From positions 124,001 through 188,000 of the forward strand of contig RDEW01000003.1 of assembly GCA_011109175.1 (NCBI GenBank): a stretch of 64,000 nt of DNA. The letters are read 5' to 3'. Source of the stretch: Dicyema japonicum (lineage: Eukaryota; Animalia; Dicyemida). Both the position numbers and the translations under genes were made by a program. Position 1 is the stretch's first letter. Every line of letters begins with the position of its first letter. Positions 48,466 through 62,050 of the stretch are shown in pieces. The notes beneath the pieces are model-generated. The model saw only the letters and a list, made by a program, of their open reading frames with translations, did not search any database and had not been told where the DNA came from.

Positions 48466-50811
48466 TATTGCTAAAAAACTTATTGATTTTTATTTGTTTT
48501 AGTCAATAATTAACCCTTAAACGCCTAAAGTGAGCTAAGTATCCTTCAGCAGCTAAATAAGGCTCATTTCGCTATTCTCGTAGCATTTCTCTCAGAATTT
48601 CAAAAAAGACTTAGAGTACGGTTTATTGTGATGGAACAGGTAAATGAGATTATTGTAATGTTTATCAATAATTTACGTGACACATCAATAACCGCATTTA
48701 GTTGACCTGCCCAGTTATGTTATTTTATGAACGGCAGTTAGCCTATTTGGAAATTCTCGGGGGACACTGTTTTCTATTGATTAGGAAAAATCCCGAGGCT
48801 TTGGCTATTCAAACATTTTCAGGAACTAATGTGTGGATGCCAGTAAATGTTATGATAAGCTTAACTTAGCTTGAGAAAAATACATGACTAGTGGCTTGGT
48901 GCGGAACGATCCACATCACTCAGGAGATCCCCATGTCTTGCCGGTTTCAAAAATTCCTCCAGTAGAGAGGTTTCCACATGGATACTTGGTAAAACCAGTG
49001 TTATTAAAAACACATAGCTTTGTGCTCACTCATGGGATACGGTCCCTTGGAGACAAGAAAATACTGAGGCCCAGACCTCCTAAGGTCAGAGCTTTAGGGC
49101 CGCCAGAATGACATTTCGGTTTGGACATACTCCATCTCTTTTTGCCTGTTTTGGAACACCGAAACGTGACCTGAAAGCACAAGATCTCCTGGAGTGATTT
49201 GTCCTGGAGATTCTCTTCTTATGTGTTAATGAAGCAGGGTCAGCAGGTTAATTTGAAGACTTCAAAATTGCAATTTTCAACATCAGAGGACTCGCTTCGA
49301 ACACTAAACATAAGACCTTATGCGTGGATCGAGGAGGAAAGCTACACGGAGAAAACTGGTAGAACGGATGGTATGTGCACGGTACAAGCGGAACTCTGAG
49401 TATTCATATCTCCTTGGCCAAGTCTATACATTATGAAAACTTTTCCACTAAAGAATGAAGTGATGTCGAAAATGGAAGATAGCGGACCTACTTCTCCACC
49501 TCTCTTCGGAAGCCTGTAATGAACTATTTAGAATGGTATCGGTCGACACAGGCAGATGTTCCCCCTTTGGTTCCTTCATTTGATTAATTAGTCGTGACTT
49601 TATGCTGGGCTTACCAAAGGTTGTAACCTTGGGGTCAATAGATTTTCATATGCTTATGGGTAACGCGGGGGTGCATTTTACTAACTAACTTTTAAAGAAA
49701 ATTCAAGTTGGCCTATTATTCTACCTGATCAAGAAATTAGAACCGCATACGTGTAAATCGTTTTATTATCCCCTCGCATTTGTCAGCCCTAACTTCCCTG
49801 GAGAAAACGGAGAGATAAAAAAATATTTCAAAAACTAATTGTTTCGCGTTCAAGTCTCAAAAACTCGGACATAGAAATCCACCATGAGGATACTCTTTTG
49901 AAAGTCAACCTCTTCCATACAACTCTATTGTTATCTAGGCCTCTCAGTTAGTCATTCCAGAAACATCACGGAGAGAGTTAAGTTTCTATTGGCATTAAAA
50001 ATTACATGATCCACGTGGGATGAGAAAAAAAGGGAATGGTCATAAATGATCCCAAGTATTTTTTCTGTTTTTTTTCACAGGGAGAACTTTTCAAAATATC
50101 TTTACTTCCAATTGAATACTAAACTGTCGACGATCAGAAGTAAAAAATTTAATGGTGGAATTAGAGGAAGGGGTAAGTTGATAGTCGAGTAGCCATGATG
50201 TAGAATATCGAGATTTGCTTGTAGCCTTGTGGAGATTTCATCAATGTTATTGTGTTTGGAAGCGATTATTAATCATCTGCGTAGGAGAGTGAGCTCCTTG
50301 TTTCTCAGTAATACTAAAAGACCCTCTTCACCCCCAAAGGGATTTTTTCTCAGAAAATCCCTCTAGCTGCTATCAAGTAGTCAGTTAGTTAAATACACTC
50401 CCGCGTTACCGCAAAAAAAATAAATAGTTAGGGTTCCGTGTGTTCAGAGCTCTTCACTATCCGTTCTACCAGCTTTCTCCGTGTAGCTTTCCCCCTCGCA
50501 CGTCTCCGCAGATTATCGAGGAATCCATGCATAAGGAAAGTGTTCGAGCGAGCCCCCTGACATTGAAAGTTGCAATTGTAAACCGGGTAAAACAGAGAGA
50601 CTGAGAGTGTGATAAAACATAGACATTTTTGGAAAGGTGTCAAAAACTCAATTTATTTATTTACTCAATTGAATTATAGAGTACACAGTCTTAAAAATTG
50701 TATATTTTTTAAACGTTTTCAAAAATATATTAAATTAATACTTTAAATATTTAAGTTTAAAATTAAATTTATTTTTACATAAATTGGTTTTGAATTCACG
50801 TGCGTGAGTGA

Positions 50812-53035
50812 ATGACTCTTGTGAAGACAAATCCTAACCTTTCACGATCAAAACGCAAAAAAATAGCAAAATTATTCCAAAAGCACATGTAATTAATATT
50901 TATAATTATAGCCCCCTCCGAACCAAGAAAGACTGGGAAGAAATCTATGAAGACTCAAAAAATGCTGATAAAGATGGGATAAGGGAACTCCTGCCTACTA
51001 AAATTGGCTCTAAACTTTACCAAAGATTTATTCACGAAGAAAGTCAGCCAGAAATAGCCGAGAAGTCGGTCAAAATTAAAAAATCAGCCAAAACTGAGCA
51101 AATCCAGAAGTCTAAACTCGAACACTTCGCAAATCTGTCTTTTCCCGAGTTTTCTGCCAACGTAGCGAATATTTGTACTTCCGTGATTTCTTCCCCCACC
51201 GAAAATGTAAGGAGATCTAATAATCTCAGATCGAGAAACTTTCTGCGTTAATAAAATACCTCGCTGCTTATCCTGAAGAAATCCATCGAAGGGACGTGGC
51301 AGTGAACTCTCTTTTTGACGTTTTTTCTGATTTGACTCCGGGATACCGAATCCGCTCACTGGAAAAGTCAGGGAACGAGAAAACTCGGGTTCTCCGTTTT
51401 TCCGTTAGTTTAGCTCAAAAAAGAGACCAGAGCTCAGCAATCCTTCGATTCCTCGTTTTTGATGCTTTACAAGAAATTCCTGAATTTCCTTATTACCACC
51501 GTCACCGAAAAGGAGCTTGAAATTCAAGTTCCCTTCAGTATTTTGGGAGAACTCGTCCTCCGTAATCCAAACTTTAACTTCTCGGAGATAATTATCACCT
51601 TTTTAGTCCGCGTCCTTACATTTTCGGAGGAGGTCTGAAGTTATGGGTCATTTAGAAACGGGAGTTGGCGAAAAGCTATCTAATTCAACTTTTGGGGGAC
51701 GACGAACTTGGAGAGACGACTTTGAAGGTCCTGAATGCTGTTTCTACATTCTCTAAGAGCTCGGATTCTATCTCACTTGAGGTATGCTCGTTTCTCATTT
51801 CAGATGGCTCAAATATTGATGCACGTGCGAATTGATGACTCTGCGAGTATGCGTGCTCTGGATGAGCTGAAATCCACAGAGAATAAGAAAAGTCGTCAAA
51901 ACATGTCGAGAAGAGAACGAAAGGTATGGTTTTTCCGCATTTCAGGAAAACCGTGAATTCCGTATTCTCGAGAAGGAGATGCGGCACACTGAAATTTGCG
52001 AAAACAAGACACGTGTTGCAGAATTGGTTATTTTTGTTTAATATTCCTTACAGCAAGCCCAAATACTAGAAAAGATGTTTTACATTTTCTGCCGTGTCTT
52101 GAAAAATGTCCAATTAGAGGGACCCATACTCTCAGCGGTCCTTTCCGGACTCTCAAAGTACGCAAAGCACGTGAATATTGAGCTGGTGAACGATTTGCTG
52201 ATCATATTCAAGCGAATGCTCAGTGAGGTAATGTGGTGGCTGATAATTAGTTGGATTTGACTGACTCTGACAGGATAAATGTGGTCAAAACAGCCTTCTC
52301 TATAACTGCGGGGGAGATGTTACTCTCTGTGTGGAGCAGAACACGTTTTTTAGGCAGTTAAACGAGTCGATTTTGATGGTTGGTGGAGGTTTGGAATTCT
52401 TATGAGTTTAGGCCCTGATCAGGATATAGTTTCACTCATTGAATGTCTCCAGGTTGTTATAACCACGTGTCTGTGTCAGGTGGTTGTTTATTTATACGCT
52501 AGGTGAATTCGGACAGCATTGAGGATGTTCTCTGCCGATTAACTGCCATTTGCTTGCATGCTCAGCCCCCAGCTGTGTTGGCTTACTTTGCTCTCGCGAG
52601 AAGACTGATTTTGGTTTGTTTGTTTTCTTTATTAGCAGAGTGGTGGACGGAAAATGTCTGCTGCATTGTTGGGAGGTGAAGACAGTGTATTTTCCTTTAC
52701 ATCCAACTGTGGGGACTCCTCTGATTTGGATGGAGTGAATTGGCAGTTATCTCTGCTGAAGAGACATTATCATAAGAGTGTGAGGGACTGTGTTGATGGA
52801 ATGATGGCCATGGCCTCTGGGAAGATTGATGCTTTAAATTTTCTGGAGAAGGAGTTTGGGAGGTTTTAATTTTAGTTTTTCTGGTAAAGAGTTGGCTGAA
52901 TCCCTTATTGATTGTAAGTCTCTGACTTTGAATTGTGAAAAGCCAATGAACCCCGCAAAGAAAAAGTGGACGGGATTTTTATTCAGTGAATTTCAGCACT
53001 ACTATGATGATTTGTGTAAAAATAGTTTTATTTGA
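50812..53035 (+). CDS. NOC3L: Nucleolar complex protein 3 homolog, multi-exon; ends approximate
   Basis: RELLP, DLTPGYRIRSL, NPNFNFSE and ILSAVLSGLSKYAKHVNIEL..DLL match the recalled NOC3/CBF domain; tiny introns. Confidence 0.8.
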
Positions 53036-53699
53036 TTATTTTAATATAAACTTTTACGATTTACTTTTTTTGAGTTGAGTTATTGATGTGAGACTGCTTT
53101 ATTATTTACGCTCGATTCCTTTAAATGAAGGAACCCGGTGGCTAACGTAAGTAACTACCAAAAGCGGACGGTCTCAGATATTCAGCAGGTATAGAGTAGA
53201 AATCGATGGTGGATCATGCCAATTGGTTTATTCTTAAAGACGTTTAAATATTTTACCCTTTGTGCTCCGATGACGTTGCTTCTCTGAACAATATTTTATG
53301 CATTACACTACACAGATAGTTTTAATAATTATCTTGTTCCTCATCAAGGTGACTCGTCCGTTTTCTAATTTCCTGCAGGACAAGATCCAAATCCATACAA
53401 AATGCATCGATCAATGGATATTTTAATTTTTTGGGATATTTAATTTTAAACAGTTTGTATCAAGTTTCGTTGGCTTGAAGGTGACGCATCAGTGAACATC
53501 TCATTGTGGAGCCGGATCTTCTATAAAGGACATACACCCAACAAAAAAAATAAGTGAAGAGCATTCCTTGGTTCTCCCTCTACGATCAGTTAGCATAACT
53601 GTTCTTACGTGTCCTACCTGGGAGGAGCGATGGCTAATATGCCTCTTTGTAAAGTGCAAAATTATTAATATTATAAATTGTGGTTACAGGGTCATTTTG

Positions 53700-54625
53700 G
53701 TTTGTAATTTATAAATACTTTGGACGTCTCACTTCCTGCACATCTGTCTTCATTCACGGCCTGCGAACCTTCTACACTCCCTACCCGAATTTCAATTGAC
53801 CAAGACATAATCCACGCACGAGAAGCCTGTAATGCCACCAACCTCCCCCTGCCTCTTTCACAAGACTGCCAGCGAAACCTGGACAATTTATTATGTTGGA
53901 AATCATTTGGACTCCTACTGGAATCAGCCAATCAGCACCGACGCGCTTGTTTGCTTTCGGGGGCTTCCCCTGAGAGCGGAGCTTGGCTAAACGCCATCCC
54001 CAATGGAGTTCTGGGCACCTTTCGGATGATGAATGCGTTAGAAGTGGTATCTCTCTGCGGCTGGGACTGAAAGTATGTGTACCTCACCCGTGCCGATGTG
54101 GCATCCTGATAGACTGCTATGGCCTGCACCCTCTCGCCTGCAAGAGGAGCGCTGGCAGATCTCCAAGGCACAAGGCTTTGAATGAGATTGTCAAGCGGGC
54201 TATGGATGCTGCTGGACACTCGGCCATTCTTGAACCGGTCGGGTTATGTAGAAGTGACGGGAAACGACCGGACGGGATGACCATATTTCCCTTTGAGGCC
54301 GGGAAACCACTTGTTTGGGACGTGACATGTACAGACACGTTCGCCCCGAACAATCTTCACGAGTGCGCTTCAAGGGCATGCTCTGCAGCCGTCAAGGCGG
54401 AGAAGGCCAAACTCGAAAAATATGGCGACCTTCCCGATAATGTCCAATTTGTTCCCTTGCTACGGAGACTTCCGGATCCTACTTTCCCTCTACACTCGAG
54501 TTTTTCGGACGGATCACCTCATGCACCGGAGATCTGCGGGAACGCCGCTGGCTATTTGAGCGAATTTCGCTTGCAATTCTGAGAGGAAACAGCCACGCAG
54601 TGAGGGCGGCAACTAACTAACTTAT
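53700..54625 (+). mobile_element. 5'-truncated CRE-clade element, second subfamily; 3' scraps at ~28290-28400(-) and 59375-59475(-)
   Basis: ASPESGAWLNAIP, CRCG..HPLAC, RH..LN, DGKRPDG and LVWDVTC; frameshifted. Confidence 0.9.
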
Positions 54626-54769
54626 GTTTTGACCAAAATAATATTTATAAATTTGTTTTTTTAATTTATAAATTAAAATTTATTAAAATACGATATCTGA
54701 AATATTTATCTGACAAAGAGCGTAAAATTAATATCTTGGCAACAAAATGTTAACTTATTAACGTAGTAA

Positions 54770-56678
54770 ATGCCATTTGGTGATTACGAAAAGTTAAGGG
54801 TGATTGGCACAGGCAGTTACGGACAGATTTGGTTAGTCAAGTCCCATTCAGACAAACGACAAGTTAGGGTCTTAATTTTACAATTAGTACGTCATAAAGG
54901 AGATTTCCTTCTCAACAAGTCAAAAAGGGAACAAAAAAGCGCCACAAAAGAAGTCCAACTTTTCTCAGATTTAAAACATCCGAACATAGTGTTATATAAA
55001 GAATCTTTTGCAGTTGATGGGGGAAACTTCACATAGTAATGGATTTTTGTTCTGGGGGAGATCTCTATACAATACTAAGAGCAAGAAAGAACAAATATTT
55101 GGAGGAGAAACAGGTTGTAGAATGGTCCATCCAAATTGCCTTGGCTTTGAGGGTTATTAGCTTTTTTATCGTAGTATTTGCACGGAAAAAACATATTACA
55201 CAGAGATCTGAAAACTCAGAACATCTTTCTTAGCAAAAGTCAGATTATCAAACTGGGGGATTTTGGAATTTCAAGGTTAGTCCACTAAATCACGTTAGAA
55301 TGCTTGATTCTGCGTCTGACATGGCCACCACCGTTATAGGGACTCCATATTATATGAGTCCGGAACTCTTCTCTAACAAACCATACAGCTACAAGTCTGA
55401 CATGTGGTCGTTCGGTTGCTGCATGTACGAGATGTTATCCCTTCGTCATGCCTTTGACGCTTCCAGCATGCAATCACTGGTTTTTAAAATTTTGAGAGGA
55501 AAGGTGGTTTAACTTAACTATTCTTAGTTCCCCCCTCTCCCAAAAGAGTATTCGAGTCAACTGGTCGATCTAGTGAAATCGACCCTTGACCTATCACCAG
55601 AAAATAGACCCTCCATTTCCCGATTCCTTTCGACGACATACATACGACAGAATATCCAAAAATTGCTAGATTCAATCAAAAAGTCATTTTTTTATAAAAT
55701 AACAAGACAGGCGGAGTATGGGAAACAGAATAAAGAATTTCATTTCTTCGAGCACATCATCGTCTTCTGAAATCAAATCTTCAAGTGATGACCGATCTTC
55801 CAGAGTACTTCTCCCGTCAAAAGAAATTTATGTGAAAAGACCTCCAACTCCTCACGAAGAAACAGAAAGGGTTTCGCTTTACTAATTTTCCAGTCCATGA
55901 GTGCGAGGGAACGAAGAAGGGCCAGACAAAGTGAATGTGAAAATTGTAAAAAATCCAAATAACCAACCTAGTGAGTTCATCAGATCAATCGGAGGGGAAG
56001 CCAGTGTTAATTCAAAAGCAGCCAATCCCCATACCAAAATACGCTTTCCTGGATTCATTGAGAATTAACAGAAAAAGGATGATGATCGTTCTATAATTGA
56101 TAATATCGTAGAAAAAAGAGGCCAACGATGCCAAGAAAGTGGTCCTTCGATCGGAGAAACCTTTATTTCAGCGAAAGACTTCTGATTTCGAAAATTCTGA
56201 AGGTAGTGACACGAGTGACCAACCCAAGTGATATTATAGGAAGTTAATTTTAGTGTGGAAATTGAAAAACTTGCTGTATGTTTGGGGAATACACTACAGG
56301 CAGTCGAAAAATTCACGGAAGACCAGAAACCGAGACCTCCTCTACTTCCCTGTGGTCGGTCTCAGTCATTCAGGCACATTAGAAGCCCAAAAAATTCATT
56401 TCCAGAACAGGTGGAAAGATGTGCGCGACTTGAGGAGACGATTACTTCCTTGAAAAAGTACTTCTAATATTGATTTTCAGAGAATGTATTGAGTGCTTTG
56501 GGGAGGAGTTGTTTGAAAAAGTAATGAATATTATATCCGTCTACTTTAATGACGAAATCGAAGTAAATCGAAATTTTATTTTTAGAACAAATTGGTGAAC
56601 TTGTTGGGGAGGGAAAAAACAAATAAGCATATCAAACTCATCAACACACTCAAATTCTGCTATGAGATGTCAAATTAA
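54770..56678 (+). CDS. NEK4: NIMA-related kinase, NEK4-like; two apparent 1-bp deletions in exon 2
   Basis: [38 protein letters not shown] and [16 protein letters not shown]; C-terminal LKFCYEMSN* resembles the NEK4 end. Confidence 0.85.
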
Positions 56679-56775
56679 ATTTTTATTGACCTTATTAGTT
56701 AATAATCTCTGTAAAAATAATTTTTTGTTAATTAACGATTTTACACTTTCAGAAAATAATCGGATTAACCAATAT

Positions 56776-56990
56776 GGCCGCGTGTTGCCATGTGACTACT
56801 TGATTGAATATTTCTCTTTTTCGCTCTGGTAGCGTCATTGGATCCACCTTACTCATGAGACACCCAATACCTGGTCGGCATTCAAAAGGATCCATCTGCT
56901 CATTCAATTGGAGACAATTTCGCTCCCTGGTGACGAGTTCTAGAATCGACCTCAGCTCTCCTGACAACCTGCAACATACGAGTCAATGAT
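56776..56990 (+). mobile_element. Family A short retroposon with a shortened hairpin
   Basis: Starts GGCCGCGTGTTGCCATGTGAC; gagacacccaatacctggtcggcatt..ggatcc body. Confidence 0.7.
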
Positions 56991-57305
56991 GGAATCTCTT
57001 TTTAGGAAGTTTCCATCCCTTTTTCTGCTGCATCTCTGATCGACATTACTTGAAAATATTCATCTTCATCTAGCTTCTCGTCGAGCCATTTGTGTAGGGC
57101 AATCTTGATCCCTGCTCTCCTCGATTTTTCAAGAAGCAAGATAGAACGGTCTTTGTATGCAGTGTAATACCATCCTTCCAGTCCATAAAAGAGTGATGGA
57201 ATGATCGTACGTTAAAAAGAATGATGGAATGACCTTTTCGAGTCTCAATTTCCTCATTCACAAGATCGCACAATGTGCTCCCAGATTTCTCAAAAGCTGT
57301 TCGAG

Positions 57306-57875
57306 GGTACTAGGACATTTGGACGACAGACATTTGGCCGACAGATATTAGGCCGACTGATATTAGGCCGACTGACATTAGGCCGACAGACATTAGGCCG
57401 ACTGACATTTGGCCGACAGATATTAGGCCGACAAACATTTGGCGACAGATATTAGGGCGACAGACGTTTGGCCGACAGGACATTAGCCGACATCATTGTT
57501 TAGTTTGGAAATGTGGAATGTACACGACAGACAGGCAGAAGGCCTCCCAAAAACTACGAATTCACTTGAAGGATGGAACAGATCTTTTTCACAAAGAGTG
57601 TCTATAAAACATTTAACTATTTGTCGGCTTGTTGCAAAAATACGAAAAAGAACAGTCAGAGTGGGAGCTCACAGTAGTACAAGTGATGGCCGGAATAACA
57701 ATAAAACAAGTAAAGAAGTACCAGGATGTGAAAAAATAATAAACAGTATTATTGAAAAATATGATGAATACACTCCAGTAGAAATTTGACTGTTTTATCT
57801 TGAATTTTATCTTTGAATTTTAAAACCAGATTTTCCTGGCGGCTAAATGTTCTATCGGCCAAATGTCCGGACACC
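57306..57875 (+). mobile_element. Non-autonomous Mutator-like (MULE) element, 570 bp
   Basis: Imperfect TIRs GGTACTAGGACATTTGG / reverse complement GGTGTCCGGACATTTGG; flanks gttcgag / gttccgag; WNVHDR..LPKTTNSLEGWN transposase C-terminal remnant. Confidence 0.8.
57314..57495. repeat. 15-bp minisatellite (gacatt(t/a)ggccgac(a/t)), ~12 units, subterminal to the MULE
   Basis: Direct reading of the tandem units. Confidence 0.95.
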
Positions 57876-58149
57876 GTTCCGAGATACTTTCAGGGAGCTC
57901 ATAATGTACCGTCCAAGATGTGTCCAGGGCAAGGTTTTGAGATCAGAATGTAATGAAAACTAAAGACGACGACTCTCGTAACCCAAAAACATCGAAGATA
58001 CTTAGAACCTTGAACCAAATCGACTAAGCGAGATTCGACCCGGGTACATCATGTGAGATTCACATCGATTAAAAAATAACGAATCAATTAAAAAATAATA
58101 AACTGTGATAGAGAACAGTTATTTTAACGCATGTGAAGCAAAAATATAA

Positions 58150-58510
58150 GAGAATTAGTTAGGTTGCTCCAAGCTCTTCTGTTCTTAGCTAGGTCCCTCA
58201 GTGTGTCCAGATCGTCACGAGATGCCAATGTTTTCTTCACGGCTTTCAGATCGTTCTGTAAAACGACCGGGAGGGTTGTTCTCGGTCTTCCAAAAAAGCG
58301 TTTTACATTGGAGGAGTAATAATCTTTTATTGCGATATTCGGGGGAGGGGGATATCGGGTCCAACCTCAGGACGTGTCCAAAAAGTTCAAACGATAGCTA
58401 ATGATCTCGAGACTTAATGGTGTACAGTCACACTTATTGTACAGTCCTTTCCGCGAGATCTTGGATGGCCAGGACATTCCAGTTGTTTCTTAGATGATTC
58501 TGCGAAACGA
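58150..58510 (-). mobile_element. RTE C-terminal fragment; similar scraps at ~700-900(-), 22050-22120(+) and 22450-22700(+)
   Basis: WPSKISRKGLYNKCDCTP..GRPRTTLPVVLQNDL..RRAW. Confidence 0.7.
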
Positions 58511-60339
58511 TACTAATAATTGTTAATAAAAAATACATTTCTAAAGTTTTTTCTTGATCTTTTCATTAAATATCTGAAATTATTAATTTTTTCCTTATTA
58601 TTTTGGAGAGTTCGTGATTTCCTGCAAACCAACATCCACCAAAATCATTGATTGAATGTAGCTTTTGTATCTAAAAATTCACGAAAAGTGGTTGACCAAA
58701 CTATTTTTAGATAAAATTTATTAAAAATGTAATTTTAAATTTTTTAATTTAGTATCTGGCTTATTCAGAAGGTCGGAATCGCCATTCTCAAAGGCAATTG
58801 TCTTGGATCCGTGAAGCAGTGTTAAAATAGAACATATTTCCGTGCTAACTCCTTTCCTTTATAAATTAATTTTCCATTTTGCTCATAAGTTTTAGTATTC
58901 GGCCGGCTTATTGTATGTTTGATACAATTTTTTTCAAAGAACACAAATCAAAAAATTAAAATTATCATAACTTTTTGACCCGGCTTATATGTTTGGTGTT
59001 AACTTTTTATCTTCATCTAGAATTGTGACTATTTTTCCTTCGGGATTCGTTACTGTATATTTTTTCGTTGAAATTTCGTCGTATGAGGGGTATTTTCTAT
59101 TAGCTACGTTTACGTCCCCGTTGTGGCGTATTAAAATTTCATCACCATCGGCAATTTCGTCGTACTTACAGTTTTTTTATTTTCCGCCTGATTTGACAAT
59201 ATTTTCCGTAGTTAGTGGTTTAGTCGCAAGCATTCGTTTAGACTAAAATTGTTAGAATTACCTGACAATAAACACATTTAGATACCACAGTAGCCACTTC
59301 ACTGCGTCTTACACCATAAATGGTGACAATAAACCAATTTTTTAACAAGTATATAAATTATTTCCTTAAACAATAGAAGTCAGGTAGTTGCCGCCCTCAC
59401 TGCGTGGCTGTTCCCTCTCAAAATTGCGAGCGAAATTCGTTCAAATAGCCAGCGGCGTTCACGGGGATCTCCAGTGACAATAAACTATAATTTATCACGT
59501 CCAAAGTGATTTAGATTATGTTGAGCCTAATTTAAATCAGCAAATATGCAACTTCAATGTATTTTAGTTAATTTAGCTTCCTCAATAAAAAATAGACCAT
59601 TTTTATTAATGTAGGCCGCGGATTCCTTGAAACTGAAACTTTGTGCATATCGCTAGATTTTTGCCCTTTCTCTCTAGTCAATTAATTATCGAGTTGTCCC
59701 GATTCACTGAAAATCTTAATTTTTCAATTGCTTCTCGTGTCAATTCCACTAGAGCCATATTTTATAATTGATATTTTAAAAAAAAAAATATATATATAAA
59801 TTTTATTTTTTTATTATTAATATTTTCTTCCAATGAATTTTTTTCTGAAAAAATATTTTTTTCGTATTTTGAGCATTGATTTCTCGGCTCTGGCGTCTCA
59901 CAGATCTGGACTGTGACATTCTGTTATAAAAATTAAAAATTTTGAATTTATGTAATGGTTGCCATGACTTATTTGCCCCACTGTATGTCAAACCTAAGGA
60001 TTAGAGGATTTGTGGTTATGGGGGTGCAAACTAGTCTAAACTTTAATCGTGCGAGAAGTGCAACTAATTTGTGTGCAGTCGTAAGGGTGCCAAGTGGGTC
60101 AATTGTGGTTATTATGATTGGTCTGTGGGATGAACCAATCGCTTGGTAAAGATCTCTTTTCTATACTCATTGGAAGTCTCTCATAATGGCGGATATCGAT
60201 TGACGTGGGTGCTTGAAAAAGATACATATCAATCCGACCATAGGAACAGGATATACCTTAATTAGATGTAACTACCTTGAGAAAACAACTGAGACGTTAA
60301 AGTCCTTATCTTAACTCGAGGACATTCCTCTATGTATAT

Positions 60340-60590
60340 AAAACTAAAGACCAAGGGTAAAATCAAACTAATTAATTCCTTGATCTTGACGCGTTCCAGC
60401 AGAATCATCACCCAGGCACAGTGATCCAGGAGATGTTGTCCAGGGAGCTGAGGTCGATTCCAGAACTTGTCGACAGAGAAAGAAATTGCCACCTGGTGGA
60501 ATGAATAGATGGAATGCCGGCCAGGCATTGGGCGTTTCCTGAATTTGGTGGACGCCACTTCAATCAACTAGCCACATGGCAACACATAAC
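60340..60590 (-). mobile_element. Family A short retroposon
   Basis: gtgttgccatgtggctag head; ggaaacgcccaatgcctggccggc body; ggaattaattagtttg end. Confidence 0.7.
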
Positions 60591-61489
60591 ATCACGTGGA
60601 CGTAAAAGTGTTGACCTAAAGAAATAAACTTATGATAGTAAATAAAACCTGAAGATACGTAGTTAATAGCCACGTGGATTGGATTTGAAATCTGACATAT
60701 CAGCATGTTATGAAGAGAGAACAAAACCAATCGGAGATGGCTTACATGTTGTCACGTGTGACATAAGTGGTGTTTTAGCGTCTACATGTAGAATTTCATT
60801 ATAAGAACCCAGTTGGAAGACCCAAGCCATTTTAATTAGTATTCAGTTTAATTAGTATCAGGTTTGGGGGCAATATTCTTTGAACTATAACCCTCATTGA
60901 TTTTTTACCTGACCTAACCAGTTAGCGAGTGGTAAATTAACGGGAAAACTGAGGTGGCGAAGTTCTCTTGTCTACTTAACTTCATGGTGGATAAAACCCC
61001 TTGTCTTCCTTCTTGAGATCATGGACGAGATGACGGACCCTGGAGGCATTGGAAGCCCGAAATTTTGAACAAAGGAAGAATCAGAGTCACGTAGGATTAA
61101 GGTTTGACTCCCAACCAGTAACCAGTACAAGATTTAGAGAACCTGGGTGGTTATCTGTCATAAAATCGAAAACCTCCAACGCCTTTTCTCAATATTGATC
61201 ACCTCCTTGTTACCTTTTCTTCACTGCTCCTCTCACCCGATCGGCTCCCTTGTTAAACCCTTGCACTGGGTGCCACTTGAAACAGGTGGATTCATATCAA
61301 AAAGGATTTTAAAGAGACAAGCCCATTTCAAGCTTTTAAACAAATAAATCAGAGCCATCCGACAGATCTCTGGTGGCGTCTGTTTTCACTTGTCACTTTC
61401 CTGATGGCCATCGGTTTCGTTCGCTTGAAGGACCGGGGGTAATTAAATAAAATGCAAACTATTATTTAGCTGAAATATAAATTTAAAAA

Positions 61490-62050
61490 TCACAGTTTCA
61501 TCATCACTTCGAAATCATGAAATGTGACTCGTCCGTCACCGTCTCTGTCGACCTCTCTAAGAAATCATAATTACTGTCCAACTTAAAGGAGGACTCGATT
61601 AAATTTGACTTTTCTATCAGTGAAGGGGGAAAGCATTGAGATAAATCTTGAATTTTGATAAACCCTTTATCTGTTGGTTAAGATTTTTGTTAACTTTCCA
61701 CGTCTAAAGCCGCAAAGGAGGCTCTGATGAAGTCATCGTCCGTGTAAAATTTTAGTTTTGAGTCAATGTTTCAATTTGTATGAATTGTAGTCGATTTCTA
61801 CAATCATTTTACACATTTACTTTCATTTCTGTCGAACAATTTCGCTATCTCAGACTAAATTTAGTAGTATTCAATGTACCTTCGATGGTTTACACCCGAA
61901 AAGAGACAACATGGCCAGTTTATAGTCATTCTTGGATATTCCCTCCCCATTGATATCATATTTTGAATAAATCTTGAAATAAACGGAAATGGCAACTCTA
62001 TCAACTCTTTCTTGCAAACAAAAAACTTTCGCACTAACATGCCCCTGCAT
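61490..62050 (-). CDS. EFCAB11: EF-hand calcium-binding domain-containing protein 11; absent from the ORF track because of tiny introns; one apparent frameshift near 61775
   Basis: Spliced translation gives ..DYKLAMLSLFGCKPSK..FAALDV..KGFI..REVDRDGDGRVTFHDFE, matching the recalled EFCAB11 motifs LFGYKPSK and FREVDRDSDGHVSFRDFE. Confidence 0.8.

Noticed and set aside
50428-50643. Small secreted peptide ORF
   Set aside because: It starts at TTG, and its 3' half is repeated at ~49290-49400, so it is TE-derived.
51685-51987. Separate minus-strand gene
   Set aside because: It is the antisense shadow of NOC3L exons; the same applies to 2103-2327, 6127-6315 and 28872-29171.
57314-57495. CRISPR-like array
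   Set aside because: Units are contiguous with no unique spacers, there are no cas genes, and the context is eukaryotic MULE sequence.
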